In this document: positions 38,701-50,009 of the stretch, one piece after another | Position numbering within the stretch: position 1 is the stretch's first letter | How the letters are laid out: every line of letters starts with the position of its first letter | From: Mytilus trossulus | Taxonomy: Eukaryota | Assembly (NCBI RefSeq): GCF_036588685.1 | Contig: NW_026963298.1 | Coordinates: 434,001 to 498,000 of the forward strand | Length of the DNA: 64,000 bases | Direction: 5' to 3' | Notes under the pieces: model-generated | Database searches by the model: none | Seen by the model: the letters and a program-made list of their open reading frames with translations, nothing else | What the model was told of the DNA's origin: nothing | Made by a program: the position numbers and the translations under genes

Positions 38701-41700
38701 CATTTAAGCATCCATCCAATTCTCTCAGTTTTTATGTGTTACCTTCATTTCACTTCTTATAATATTTGAAACATTTTAACATCGGTGCAACTGTTGTAAT
38801 AATTTGTTCGGCTTTTTTCAACTTTATAATTTACTGTTACTTCCGTTATGTAACTCTGATCGTTCACTTAAAACAATCATTTTTTTCTTGTTTAAATGCT
38901 TATGCATTCGACCTTTATTTATTTTAATTTTTTGTCACATGTATTAATTTTTATGAATTATTTCTTTTTTGTCTTATTTTTTTATTGTTTTTTTTTTATT
39001 TTTTATTTTGTTTTTTGAATGGTTCCTTTGTATTATAAATCATGTTTATCATTGTATATATGAACCTCATGTTACACATACATGGGTCTGATCGTTACTT
39101 TACAATAAAATCTTGAAAATCTTGAAATCTTGAATCTTGTATAAGTTTCCAAATTTCACATGTGTTTACCAACACCACAGTCCTGTATAATACAGTTTAT
39201 GCCAAGCAATGTTCAAATACAAGTGTTAGAGACTTTGTATCCAGTGACGACACCACATAAGTGTAATGATTTGCATCAACAATTTTACAGTCATCCTCGA
39301 GAGTATATTCGTCTTCCCGTTCGCATTTATTACATGGCCATGCCTATTCTGCAAATATGGAGAAGGCCTCCGGGTGCGGGAATTTCTCGCTACATTGAAG
39401 ACCTATTGGTGACCTTCTGCGGTTGTTTTTTTATTTGGTCGGGTTGTTGTCTCTTTGACACATTCCCCATTTCCATTCTCAATTTTACACATTTCACAAG
39501 TAAGTATAGTCTCATAACATTAGTTATGTGAGTTATACGATATCAACATAGTTTGTAATTGCATTTTTTTATGTAACCTTATATGTTAATATTTGCCGTA
39601 AAACCATAAATTGTAGTAAAATTGAGTGCATACGTATACAATTCATATTTCAATAATCTCTCAATTAGATTTTTCCCTGGAAGAAATCACGGTTAGCAGA
39701 TCACTTTTACGAGAAGACAAACGAAAACAGAATATTAAGTTACCAGATACCTCGTCAGCCAGCCAAGATTTATCAGATGTAATGGAGGAAACGTCGATAT
39801 GTGACATGGAGGGAGATATCAACTATAAATCAAAAAGATCAGAACCGTCAATGGTATCGTCTTTATCTCAAAGCTCCGTGAACAAATATGAAATTGTCAA
39901 AACCCTGTCAGATGATCACTTTCAAACCTTACCGGATTATGCTGGAAGTTCGGTAATACATAGGAACAATAAATCACCAGGTCATGTATCAGGACAGACA
40001 TTAGAAATACAAGACAAATATGATGCTAGTATTACGGTGATACATACGAACAAGAAATCACCAGGTCATGTATCAGGACAGATATCAGAAATACCAGACA
40101 CAGATGATGCTAGTAGTACGGTGATACATATGGACAAGATATCACCAGGTCATGTATCAGAACAGATATCAGAAATACAAGACACAAACGATGCTAGTAG
40201 TACGGTGATACATATGAACACGAAATCACCAGGTCATGTATCAGGACAGACATCGGAAATACAAGACAAAGATGATGCTAGTAGTACGGTGATACATATG
40301 GACAAGAAATCACCAGGTCATGTATCAGGACAGACACCAGAAATACAAGACAAAGATTATGCTAGTAGTACGGTAATACATATGGACAAGAAATCACCAG
40401 GCCCTGTATCAGGACAGACATCAGAAATACAGGACAAAGATGATGCATTGGAGACAGCTGTTATAGCCAAACGCTCTAGTTCAAAAAGGCAATCAGATAT
40501 ATCAGTGTTTGGTGGAAACAGTGTAGTTGACTCTGTCAATATGAATAAACGAGTCGCACAAATGTATACAACTAGAAAAGCAAATATTGATGCTGCAAAT
40601 GATACACAAATATGTGAGGCTTCGATTGATAAATTCACCACACGGAATGATTACCATGATGTTTCTATAAAGTCAAGTTTCACTGGTGATTTGCATATAG
40701 AAACTGTTACTGAACGTGGAGTTATCAGAAAGCTAAAACGATTCTTTGGCATTACCAAACAAGTCAAAGAAGTTAAAGTGTCGATTACTAAGGAAAAATT
40801 CTTAGAAAAGTCTTCCAAAGTTGGGAAAAAGGAGTTGCACAACAAAAATATAGCGCCTATAATAATCTGGGATTTTGGAGGACAGGATGTTTTCTATTCA
40901 ACTCATCAGACATTTCTGACATACAGAGCTATTTACATAATTGTATTGGACGGAAGTAGACAACTTGATGATCCCTGTCCGTATGAACAATACCTCCCAG
41001 GAAAGAGTGGACATAAAACTTCAAGAGGTATGTAAAAACATACATATGTTTGAAATACACTCTGTTGTGAAACAGAAGTAACTACAAGTAAACAACGTTT
41101 TCATGTATGTTAAAATAAATACGCCTGATAACTTAAACACCCTCAAAAGAGAGTTTATTATTGCAAGAATTATTACTCAATTAATTTCTTTTTTTTAGAC
41201 AGTAGATTTCGTAGAGAACATATACATTTAACTGACTTTAGTACCTTTCTTCTTATGTATTGAACTTTTTTATTTTGTTTATACACGTTATAATTACAGA
41301 TTATCTGCTATTTTGGGTCAACACCATTGTAACATACTGCAAAGGAAGTATTCGGGGATTTCCTAAAATTCTGGTTGTTTTAACTCACAAAGATCAGGTA
41401 TCAGCTGTAAGTAGGTTGTATACCATGTTCTACATTTGAACTAATGGACTGTTTTGATTTTGAATAATATGCAGTGAAAAAATGTCTTATAATTGAATTA
41501 ATGGTGAATTATAATCGTCATTGTGCGAATGTGATATTTAATTGGTTTAGCGTCTTAAACGCAGTTTATATAAACAGGCGCTTCAGTTTAAAATGAATCT
41601 CCTAGTTGATCTTTGAATCTGTATGCATGTCTAACATTTTCTATATCTACATGGCATGAACACTACGACATAATCAATTAAAAAGGTCCATATCTATGTT

Positions 41701-44700
41701 GTATTTTTTATATATTTTTATTATATGTTTCGTGTCATAAGAAACACACAATAGCCTTACAGATACCCTTGTAATTCAAAAACCCAATACATGTGTTTCG
41801 TGTATATAAGGCAGGTGTCTCGAGAACAGATACAAACATACCAGGTCTTTACTTTGGAAAGACTTTTATACAAGATACACACCAAAATTACGTATGTATT
41901 TTCATAACATTTTCAGAGTGGGGTTGAACAAAGACGACATGACATATTTGGAGAAATCTTCAAGATGTTTCACAAAACGCCATTCATGCAACAATTAGTT
42001 ATTGATGATGAAATATTTGTAAACGCTAAAGACAAACATGACCCAGAAATGGCAAAGATAAAGGCCGCTATCATCAGGGAATCAGAGAGGCAACCAACAT
42101 GGGGCGAATCCCTCCCAAAATGCTTTATCCCTTTAGAGTTAGAATTTGCATCACTTATCAGACGAAATATTTCTCTGATTACACTAGATCATCTACAGAA
42201 AATAAACTCAATGCAGCCAATCAGATCGTTGTCAGAAACTGAGTTGAAGGTTTTTTCTGAAATTTCAACATTCAATTGGCAAGTTATTATTCTTTGATGA
42301 ACGTAAATTGGCAGACCGTATCATTTTGGCTCCCACCCTCCTCATTGATGCATTTAAATCAATTGTTACAGACAGGCGCTTTTGTGAGGGAAACAAGAAA
42401 CGAGAAGACATGTGGGATGCAATGGGCAAGAAAGGGGTGGTATCAAAACAAGCAATAGAGAGCGTTTGGAAGGCAAAGAAATATGTAACATTTTACAAAG
42501 ACAAAGATTATTTATTAAATGTCATGACCCATCTGGATATATTGGTCGAACCAAAGAGATATGGTTCTGATCACAAACGTATCACTGCTGATTTCTACTA
42601 CGTTGCAAGTATGGTTAGAGCTATAGATGATTCTGGATATCTCCAATCTTATGACATCACCAAACGAAATATTGCAATAGCCTTTCTTTCGTCTACAATG
42701 ATGATACCCCCAGCATTATCATTTAGATTTATCAGTTATTGTCTGTATGTCTGGGCGGTGAAGACATACGGAGAGACCAATAGGGACATGCTGTTCCATA
42801 GGTCAGGGGTTTTCACTGTGGATCCTTCAGTAGATATGTATGTTCTTTGTGAAGATCAGAGGATTGTTGTCCGTCTCGTCCATGCTGACACAAACACACT
42901 TATAATGAGGGATATGGCGTCCAGTATTAACGAATGTTTGGTATCGGCCTTGGAGAAAATCAGTCAGTTGTATATCAAAACAAGTAGCGATGAGAGTCAA
43001 CACATTGATGCATCCTTTACCACAAGCATATGTTGTAACTCACCAGATAATCCATGTATCCTACCATTAACAAGACTTGCGAACATTGACAGCATCTGGA
43101 CTTGTCCGTTTCATGGCATCGAACACAACATACATACAATCACATCGTGGTTTGCAAGAAAGGTATTTACAAATTATTTAAAAAGTGTTTCTGGTTAAAT
43201 TTAGAAATTTGATTTGACAAAATTGATTTTAAACGAAAATTCAGATTGGGACACAACTCTTAAATATTGCATCAGATGACTATGTGTATTGTGTCAGCCC
43301 TGCGCTCTCAAATTATTATTCTTTATACAGTGACAAATAAATATCTTATAACGGCGTGATGGATTAAAAGAAAGATATAAATATTCGTCCGATGTGTTTA
43401 TAAAGGATCTCTTGCCGATAACTCAATTAATTAACTATATTTCATTGTCCCGTTTATGTGAAAGGGAAAAAAACGCACAAGTTTTCATCGATTTTTTGTT
43501 TACTTTATACTTTTGTGAATTCAAAATATGAACATAACAGTATATAAAAATATTAACAACCTGTGTTTATAATTATTACACTAGATAAAAGCAAGGAACA
43601 TGAGCAAAACAAGCGTCTTTGTGCAATATGTTCATCGTGCTTCTATTGTGGTTGTTTCAAATCTGATTCTAAATTAGAAAAGAAAAAAAAGTATGTTACA
43701 TTATTTGTTCCAAATCAAAATGAGAGACATATATATAAATAAAAACGAACAAGTATTTGCAAAAAAGCCAGTTGAGGAACACACAAATGTAATAAGTGTA
43801 AGTAAAAATTCTGATAGCATTTCAAGTTTTAAATCGTTATGTGAGTTACTTGATGTGATGTAAAACACTTATTATCCTCGTGTTTCTTTTCTTGAAGGAT
43901 GAAGAAGAATGTGAACCAGGGTGTCCAGGTAATGTATGCTTAGTAGATAACAAAGAATATTGTAGTCTTTATTTGCGTCCTACCTTTGTTGTACGCATAC
44001 TAATATAAAACGAAGTATTTCTATCTAATATAACGTAGAATTGGGAGATTTTACTGAAATTTAAAAAAATATGAAAATGAAAATCCAGAACTCTCTAATC
44101 ATTATAAGTTTAATGCTGGTTATAAAATACCCCGCTATTATATCATACCAACGCAAAGTGCAATGAATATATTATGAAAGAAAGTTGACCCATAAAATAC
44201 AGTGCAAATATTGTATGATGTCATTTATTTATAATACAGTTTATTTGTATTGCACTGGCTCAGTTTTTACCAAAAATTCAAACATTAAAAAAACAATCTC
44301 AAAATACACACCGTTATGTATAAATGACTTTCTTTGCTAATAATGTTTTGTTTAAAGCATACACAATTTTTCCAATCCAGTTACAAATGACGACTTTTTG
44401 AAAGTGACGCCGTCAGATCTACACCTACGTCGTTTGTCCTTATTGTTCAGTAAAAATGAAGCCAGGGAAATAGCAATTAATCTAGGATTGTCCACCAAAG
44501 ACTTGGGTAACATTTTGGAAACTGATGATCCAAGAAAATGGAATTTTGAAGTTTTGAGGCGATGCAGAGACAGTATTGCAGTGACTTTTAATCACATTGA
44601 AGAAGCAGTGGAGTCAAGTGGCCAAGATGATGTCCACATACTTTGCAAGGTAAACACAAGGTGATGAACCACTAAACAAAGCTATATCTTTTTGCACAGT

Positions 44701-46874
44701 CCATTTTGCTTGATTGTTTACTGAATTCTTCCTTTGTTCCACAATTGTCCTATTTAATAACCAAACATATATACTGGTATTATATTATACTATACTATTT
44801 ATATGTTTTGGAGTTTAGTAAGACGTTCATTTGCAGGTGCACTGAACTATTACACATTTTTGTTTAAGGGCCAACTGAGGCACGCAGCCGAGTGCACAAC
44901 TATATCGCTGTGTTGAAGACCCATTGTAGCCTTGGCTATATGCTGTTCTATGCACTTCTGTCCGATTGTTTTATCTTTGACATATTCACTATTGGCATTC
45001 CTAATTTTAAAAGATATAGCTAAATATAATATCAACTAAATATCAACATGAATGATTCGTATGATATGATGACGGGCCATGTTATCTAATAGTAACTATG
45101 TTTTCCTTGTATTACAGCTTGTTAAAGCAGATTCTATTGATTTTGGTAAGTTATATGTTTGAATATTTTTCTAAGACTGTTTACTATCATTTGTCTGAAT
45201 GTCTTTTTCATTTTTTTTTTCATGTCAGTTATTTTCTAATCAATGAGTTTGACTGTTCCTCTGGTATTTTTCGCCTCTCTTTTTTAGCATGATGAAGTAT
45301 ATCATTATTGTAATCTATGGGTTTTCTCTGCGTTAAGTGTCCCTATCAGGCCTCAAGCTGAGTCACTAAATTAAAGCAACTTAAAGCTCGACTGAAAGAA
45401 CTGGTCAGTCTGTGTTTTTTAACAAAAAGGGCACAAGACGTTTTATATATTAAGTTTTGGGCTGGGATTCAGCGTACTTTGTGAAAATTCATACAGAGTC
45501 AAGGAAAAAATATACCGACGAGGATATCACTGCCATGCTGGACTTTTTAATTGACAACATACCTGTTGAATTTGGAGTTTTGGTCTTCAAACAGAATATT
45601 TGAATCCCAATGGATACCAATTGCGCTCCTCTACTCGCAGATTTTTTTTTAATTTTCATATGAAGCAGAATGTATCCAAGGGATTGTACAGAAAGTAGAA
45701 AAGAAATAAGCCCAGTCTTTTAATTTCACCTTTCGGTATATTGAGGATGTACTGTCTCTTAATAATAATAGATTCAGTGATCACTTACATTTGATATTTC
45801 CAAGTGAACTTGAAATTAAAGATACTACCGACACAGATAAATCTGCTTCATATTTAGACCTTTTTCTTGAAATGACTAATAGTAGGTTGAATACAAAAAT
45901 GTATAACAAACGCGATGATTTTAATTTCCCTATAACTTTCCATTTCTGTGTAGCAACATCCCAGCTGCACCAGCATATGGAGTACATGTGTCTAAATTGA
46001 TACGTTACTCTAGAGCTAGCTCAAAGTACGTTGACTTTGTTGAACGAGGAATACTGCTTTCTCAAAAGTTGTTAAGACAGGGCTATGAATCAATCAAATT
46101 AAGGTCATCATTCAGGAAATTTTACGGTCGCCATCATGAGCTGATTGGCCATTGTGACAAAAGTTTTTCAGAAATCATATCTGATATTGTTCGTCAGTCA
46201 TATAAACCTTCCATCATTAACGGACTGAACAAAGAAATAACACGACGGGTGTCGTATACGGTGCAGGCAATGTTTACCCTTCCGGAGCACCTGATTTCAC
46301 TCCCGGTTTTTAGTGGAGTTCGTGTTGTTTCTTAATCAATGTTTATAGCTGTTGATGTAAATGTCCTTTGGTTTTGTGAGTCTTTGTCAACTCCTTGGTT
46401 TAGATTGTTATTGTCTTCAAGTTTATCCTAAAAGTTGAACTTAAACATGTGTTATATGTACACTTTTGTACTGGTTTTCATTTGTTTTGCAAATCGTTGA
46501 AAAAATATGCACAATTTAATTTTGACTTCTAATCAAATACTACTTTATCTTTAAACATGACAGAGAAGGAAGCAGATAAATGGGACATGGTAGCCACAGA
46601 GGAGCACATTGACAGATTGGCTCCATTGGTTGGAAATAACTCACTTCCGTTCCTGATAGAACTTGGAATGGAGTTTCAGACCTGGGAGCAGATTACCCAC
46701 AGGCAAAACGAACGAGACTTGGTAAGACTGAACAAGGATATCTTAGAAGAATGGAGATTCCAGTTTTGCAAGATGCACAGTTTGAAACCAACTTTGAGGA
46801 ATGTCGCAAATGCATTCATTAACATTGGTAAAAATGTACAAATCGTTGAGAAAACGTTATCAGATTTGTTTTGA
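8700..46874 (+). CDS. Multi-exon ankyrin-repeat / Roc-COR / tandem death-like domain ROCO gene (DAPK-like architecture without kinase in window; 5' end upstream of window)
   Basis: Phase-compatible AG/GT exons: 11 ankyrin exons 12508-34147, then 36719-36772, 37000-37021, 37288-37545, 39669-41027, 41300-41406, 41917-43162, 43898-43928, 44381-44649, 45118-45145, 46564-46874 (TGA). Confidence 0.88.
8941..9148. mobile_element. Tc1/mariner-type MITE
   Basis: TIRs ctgtggattcat / atgagtccacag flanked by TA on both sides; empty site in the paralogous intron at ~40-55. Confidence 0.8.
10750..11055 (-). mobile_element. Penelope-like element 3' tail fragment (family B)
   Basis: Reverse complement of 23772-24057; other copies at 18892-19262 (+), 31790-31995 (-), 39366-39486 (+), ~44805-45010 (+). 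Confidence 0.8.
12165..12259. repeat. Inverted repeat / small MITE-like hairpin
   Basis: gtcaatacgttatatatggacct ... aggttcatataacgtattgac. Confidence 0.6.
12508..12606 (+). CDS. Ankyrin exon B
   Basis: ttcag|99 nt|gtcagt; KGRTAFNLAASYGTTETIKTLIDAGIDVNLLEK. Confidence 0.9.
13311..13409 (+). CDS. Ankyrin exon C
   Basis: tcaag|99 nt|gtaagt; DGSSALHNAASKGSAGIVDLLINNGIEINLQKK. Confidence 0.9.
13946..14044 (+). CDS. Ankyrin exon D
   Basis: tcaag|99 nt|gtaagt; DGSSALHNAASKGSAGIVNLLINNGIEINLQKK. Confidence 0.9.
14175..15228. repeat. 30-bp minisatellite (gatacatagaagcattacaaagtgttgtct)n
   Basis: Very homogeneous core at 14380-15140; short array also at 13535-13697. Confidence 0.97.
15709..15807 (+). 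CDS. Ankyrin exon E
   Basis: tcaag|99 nt|gtaagt; DGSSALHTAASTGSAGIVHLLINNGIEINVQTK. Confidence 0.9.
16976..17074 (+). CDS. Ankyrin exon F
   Basis: tcaag|99 nt|gtaagt; DGSSALHTAASEGSAEIVNLLINNGIEINVQKK. Confidence 0.9.
17278..17313 (+). mobile_element. 36-bp SINE/LINE 3' tail with 12-bp TSD
   Basis: caaactcttgta [atgcggcgtaaagcaaccaa(caat)4] caaactcttgta; absent from the paralog at ~15997. Confidence 0.75.
19823..19921 (+). CDS. Ankyrin exon G
   Basis: ccaag|99 nt|gtaagt; DGSTALHNAASTGNTEIVQLLIDNEIEINFQNK. Confidence 0.9.
21790..21888 (+). CDS. Ankyrin exon H
   Basis: ttcag|99 nt|gtgagc; DGSTILFDAILKGKTDIVHWLIDKGIDINVQDK. Confidence 0.9.
22083..24057 (+). mobile_element. 5'-truncated Penelope-like retroelement (RT ORF 22165-22992) with nested family A insertion at 23323-23771
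   Basis: QIIGIPMGTNCAPLIADLFL, FRYLDD, FLDL, YDKRDDF, YGVYISQL; empty site at ~31510 in the paralogous intron. Confidence 0.85.
24330..25172. repeat. ~29-bp minisatellite (gtaacgaataaggaataagtaacaattat)n
   Basis: Direct tandem repeats downstream of exon H. Confidence 0.95.
25765..25863 (+). CDS. Ankyrin exon I (paralog of C-F)
   Basis: tcaag|99 nt|gtaact; DGSSALQIAASKGSAEIVSLLIDNGIEINFQKK. Confidence 0.9.
25934..26289 (+). mobile_element. tRNA-derived SINE, full length
   Basis: A box tggtgtagtgg, B box ggttcgattcc; TSD taaatggc (25926-25933 / 26290-26297); central part resembles a Deu/Nin-type SINE domain (from memory); absent from C-F paralog introns. Confidence 0.85.
26620..27810. repeat. 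Diverged 30-bp minisatellite array
   Basis: Same unit as 14175-15228, after exon I. Confidence 0.93.
28580..28678 (+). CDS. Ankyrin exon J (paralog of G)
   Basis: tcaag|99 nt|gtaagt; DGSTALHSAASTGNTEIVQLLIDNEIEINFQNK. Confidence 0.9.
29514..30819. repeat. 435-bp tandem triplication
   Basis: Units start at 29514, 29949, 30384 and are nearly identical; single copy at ~20958-21390. Confidence 0.95.
31221..31319 (+). CDS. Ankyrin exon K (paralog of H)
   Basis: ttcag|99 nt|gtaagc; DGSTILFDAIVKGNTDIVHWVIDKGIDINVQDE. Confidence 0.9.
32000..32795. repeat. ~29-bp minisatellite, second array
   Basis: Same unit as 24330-25172, downstream of exon K. Confidence 0.95.
34046..34147 (+). CDS. Ankyrin exon L (last full repeat)
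   Basis: ttaag|102 nt|gtaagt; DGNTALHLAVVINNDVLATLLLNRGCNSNIQNKY. Confidence 0.88.
34270..34862 (-). mobile_element. Degenerate Penelope-like RT C-terminal fragment and tail
   Basis: Reverse strand reads like YD.RDDF.FPIV.FPFLSSNIPAAPAYGVYISQLIRY. Confidence 0.7.
36719..37021 (+). CDS. Ankyrin C-cap exon (36719-36772) and 22-nt linker exon (37000-37021)
   Basis: EQTPMDQPTNDKIRQVFK (TPxD cap motif; alternative in-frame donor after 36763) and DYKSRLP(G) with gtgagt donor; phases fit the next exon. Confidence 0.7.
37288..37545 (+). CDS. Roc domain exon 1 (P-loop G1, G2)
   Basis: RVMLAGEQGTGKTT ... MSTDGI; ctag acceptor, gtaatg donor. Confidence 0.92.
39669..41027 (+). CDS. Roc domain exon 2: ~390-aa insert with 28-aa repeats, then G3
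   Basis: Open frame ending IIIWDFGGQDVFYSTHQTFLTYRAIYIIVLD, a typical Roc G3 region. Confidence 0.92.
39934..40448 (+). repeat. Coding 84-bp tandem repeat (~6 x 28 aa)
   Basis: KSPGHVSGQTSEIQDKDDASSTVIHMDK units with 84-nt period (39971, 40055, ... 40391). Confidence 0.95.
41300..41406 (+). CDS. Roc domain exon 3 (G4)
   Basis: DYLLFWVNTI...PKILVVLTHKDQVSA; tacag acceptor, gtaagt donor. Confidence 0.88.
41917..43162 (+). CDS. End of Roc + COR domain exon (one +1 frameshift)
   Basis: IFVNAK, QPTWGESLPKCFIPLE; LKFQHSIGKLLFFD..LADRIILAP restored by deleting one T at 42251-42256. Confidence 0.88.
43898..45145 (+). CDS. Linker exon 43898-43928, death-like domain 1 exon 44381-44649, linker exon 45118-45145
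   Basis: DEEECEPGCP; PSDLHLRRLS...EIAINLGLS...FEVLRRC helical death-fold pattern; LVKADSIDF; compatible phases. Confidence 0.72.
45345..46417 (+). mobile_element. Degenerate Penelope-like RT element in the last ROCO intron
   Basis: IPMDTNCAPLLAD, FRYIEDVL, SASYLDL, YNKRDDFNF, LIRYSRAS, with stops and frameshifts. Confidence 0.82.
46564..46874 (+). CDS. Terminal exon, death-like domain 2
   Basis: HIDRLAPLVG...LIELGME...ILEEW...PTLRNVANAFINIG, then TGA; death-domain-like spacing. Confidence 0.78.
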
Positions 46875-49800
46875 CTGTTATAAATGATAATTTTCTCCGG
46901 TTGAAAAACGATGTTAGAAATTCTCAGAGAATATTTAACTTCATGACAAATAAAGAATAATTTAATTTCAACTGTTAATTCAAATAGATAATTCAAAGAC
47001 AAATGACTATATCAATTTACATATTCTTTTACTTATTTACTTTGAGAAAAACACCAATTTAGGTTGAACGTATTGACACAGTTATAGTAAACTGATCAAT
47101 CAAATCTTGTTTTCCGTATCACTCTTATAGTTTTTAGAAATTTTCACAAATTTGATGGATTTTAGTGTTTAAGCATGTTTTCAATTCTAATTGTATCTGC
47201 TTGTTTACTTATTGTGTTGCAATAACTCTTTAAATAACAAGGCCGTAAAATGATTATACAGTTGATTGTCATAAATGAATGCGTTGTTCTGACAAGCATA
47301 TTTTAAGTACATATGCATGTATAATATTGAAATAAAATATATATCAGCTTTAATAAACTTTGCTTGTATAGTTAACATATAACTAGGAAAGAAACTGTCA
47401 AACAAAATCGAATACAAAGCTTTAGCTTCTCTGTTACATATACAACATGTGTTGCGTGATGGAATTCTTGGCTGCAAGTTTAAAAAATAATCTTCTTTAA
47501 TTTTCAGTATCAGTATTCAGATTTTTACATTCCACACTTGTCTTTGTTTCGAATAAACAATGTTTAGCCAATTATCGGTTATGTAAGATATGCTATTTTT
47601 AAAACAAATTACTACACATTTTGTTAAAAAATTCTCAAAACTTGTTTAATTAAGAAAACCAATGAGTCCAATTAGTGTGTAGTCTTGTTTTCTTCAAACA
47701 CAAATGCATTCACTGAAAAGGAAGAGTAAAATAACTTAACCTGATGATTTAATGCGCCTGTCCAAATATAATATATACTGTTAATGATTTGTAACAGTTC
47801 AGTCAGTTCATGATTGATTTGGAGGGAAGAACTATATTTATGACAATAATTCTCAGAAATAATATCTTTCAATGCAAAACTCATTTCGAAGAATGAAGAA
47901 ATGACAAAAAACATTTCATGATTTTCCATTAAAAAAATGAAAGAAAGTGAACACACGTGTTGATATACATAATGTAGCTATCTAAATTGTTGATATAACA
48001 CCTATGAATTTGTTTTCGGACCAATTATGTTTATACTAAGTATGCCCTATCAACACAATATGATGTGGCTTTTGTAGGTAACTGTTATCTTTTTTTGCAT
48101 TGTTTATGCTTATTTTTATTACTGTGTATAGTAAAATTGTATGGTATTATCTTGCTTTTGATCTGTTAAAAAGTACTAAACAAAATGTAAATGGATGCTT
48201 AAGTATTCAACGTGATTTGTTATATTTTATATTTTCAAGAATGATAAATGTTCTCTAGTTTGTGACTATTTGTTTTACAGCTTTGTCATATATACATAAT
48301 TTTGTTTTTAAATTTCACAATAGCAATGGAAGAAAACTGTCGTGGATCTATTCTAGCATAACTAATTTCAAACACCCTCCATAAATTATAATGCATTATT
48401 TTTTAAATCATGTATGAACTCATATGGCAGGAAAGTTTGACTGTCTTTTTTTCGTCAGTTGAACCCGAATCCCTTTAAAATTTTCCCTTCAAAAACAAAT
48501 GTAGTTTAACTATGGTTAAACTAATCAATATGCTGAGTAGGTATTAAGGAGTGCATATTATTCTTCAGCAATACAGTAATTTGTACAGTACACGGTAATT
48601 TGATTTGAATTATATATTAAATGAAATGGGGAAATTTCACAAGATGTAATTTTGCAACAAATTGAAAAGAAATCCAAGTGGATAGCCGAGATGACATCCC
48701 TGCAAACCGCATATTACTTTGGCTTTAACTATCTTATTACTATTATTGGGTTTTCAATTTATAAATCCTACTATGTAATACTATCTGATCAGAAAATGAA
48801 AAGACTTAATGTGTGTTGTCTATTCATTTAAGATTTTACAAAACGAATGTTTTATTCAAAGAAGTGAAAAGAAGATAAATGTTTAGTTAATGTTAAGAAA
48901 CATTTATAAGATTGATGTTTATTTATTAATATAATATAATTGAAACTTATATATATTCTTCACAATGAGCTTGGACAAGCAACTGATGGAAATAAAGGAA
49001 TATAAAAAATAAAAAAGCAATACAGTAATTACTCTATCAGTCTTCGTGTTTCATTTACAAACAGAACATGTATAATACCACATATGTTATCTCACTCTGT
49101 AATACTTATTGTTTTGTCATATTGCTTTTATTTTATGTAGACTTGTAGTCTTTCGATGCTTTAAATAATGATTGTACTTGATATATATAAAAAAAGCTTA
49201 TACAATAAAGTAAGGTATTTTAAAGTTTATTTTGTTGTTCGTTATAAATATTCATTAACCAAAACTGAAAAGACATCAGGACACACCAGTCTGTACAGAG
49301 CAAAATATGTTCAATGCAAACTGAGGATGTTATGTTGGTATCTGATTGTATCATTTTATTTGTTTGAAATGTGGTCTTATTGATTGATATCCATTCAAAC
49401 AATGACAAATTCTTGTGAATAACTCTGGCACAATTTGGTTTAGTTTTGTATTGATAATCCCGTTCGTTCTTTAAAAAGGGTTTGATTAACTTTGTTTTCT
49501 TCTAATAACAAGCTAGATGACATATGATTAGTGAACATTGAGTAGATATTCTTGTTTAAGATATTGTATCCAGTCTGAATTTATGTTCCAGAATTTTGCG
49601 TTGGAATTTTACCTTCACTAAAATTGCAAAACAATTCTTGCGTATATCTTTGGCACATTTTTTTTGTTTTTGTATTTCTAATCCTGTTTCGATGTTATAA
49701 AATAATTTCTCTTATTGTTACTCGATTGATACTTTTCCTGACCTGTAAATTGTTGTTACCTAATAAACGCATAATTCATTTTAACTCAGTTTGCCACTGG

Positions 49801-50009
49801 TTTGATTTTGATCATGACGTCTAATTGTCTTGCATTCCTCTGAAATTCCTATTGTGAAGTCATGAAAAAGTCAACCATGCCTGATGACAAGACACAGAAA
49901 GAACACATCTGTTTTTGACCATTCGAAAAAAGGATTATGATTGTCTTAATATCGTAAACAAAGAACTAGAGAAACAGATTCCACAACCAAATATTGTGCA
50001 ATTCGATTT

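Noticed and set aside
37288-46874. Naming the gene DAPK1, LRRK2 or MFHAS1
   Set aside because: No kinase or LRR exons in the window, and the Roc insert and tandem death-like domains do not match those orthologs.
49327-49375. Possible signal-peptide exon of the lectin gene (MLCWYLIVSFYLFEM)
   Set aside because: No convincing phase-1 donor site; unsupported without transcripts.
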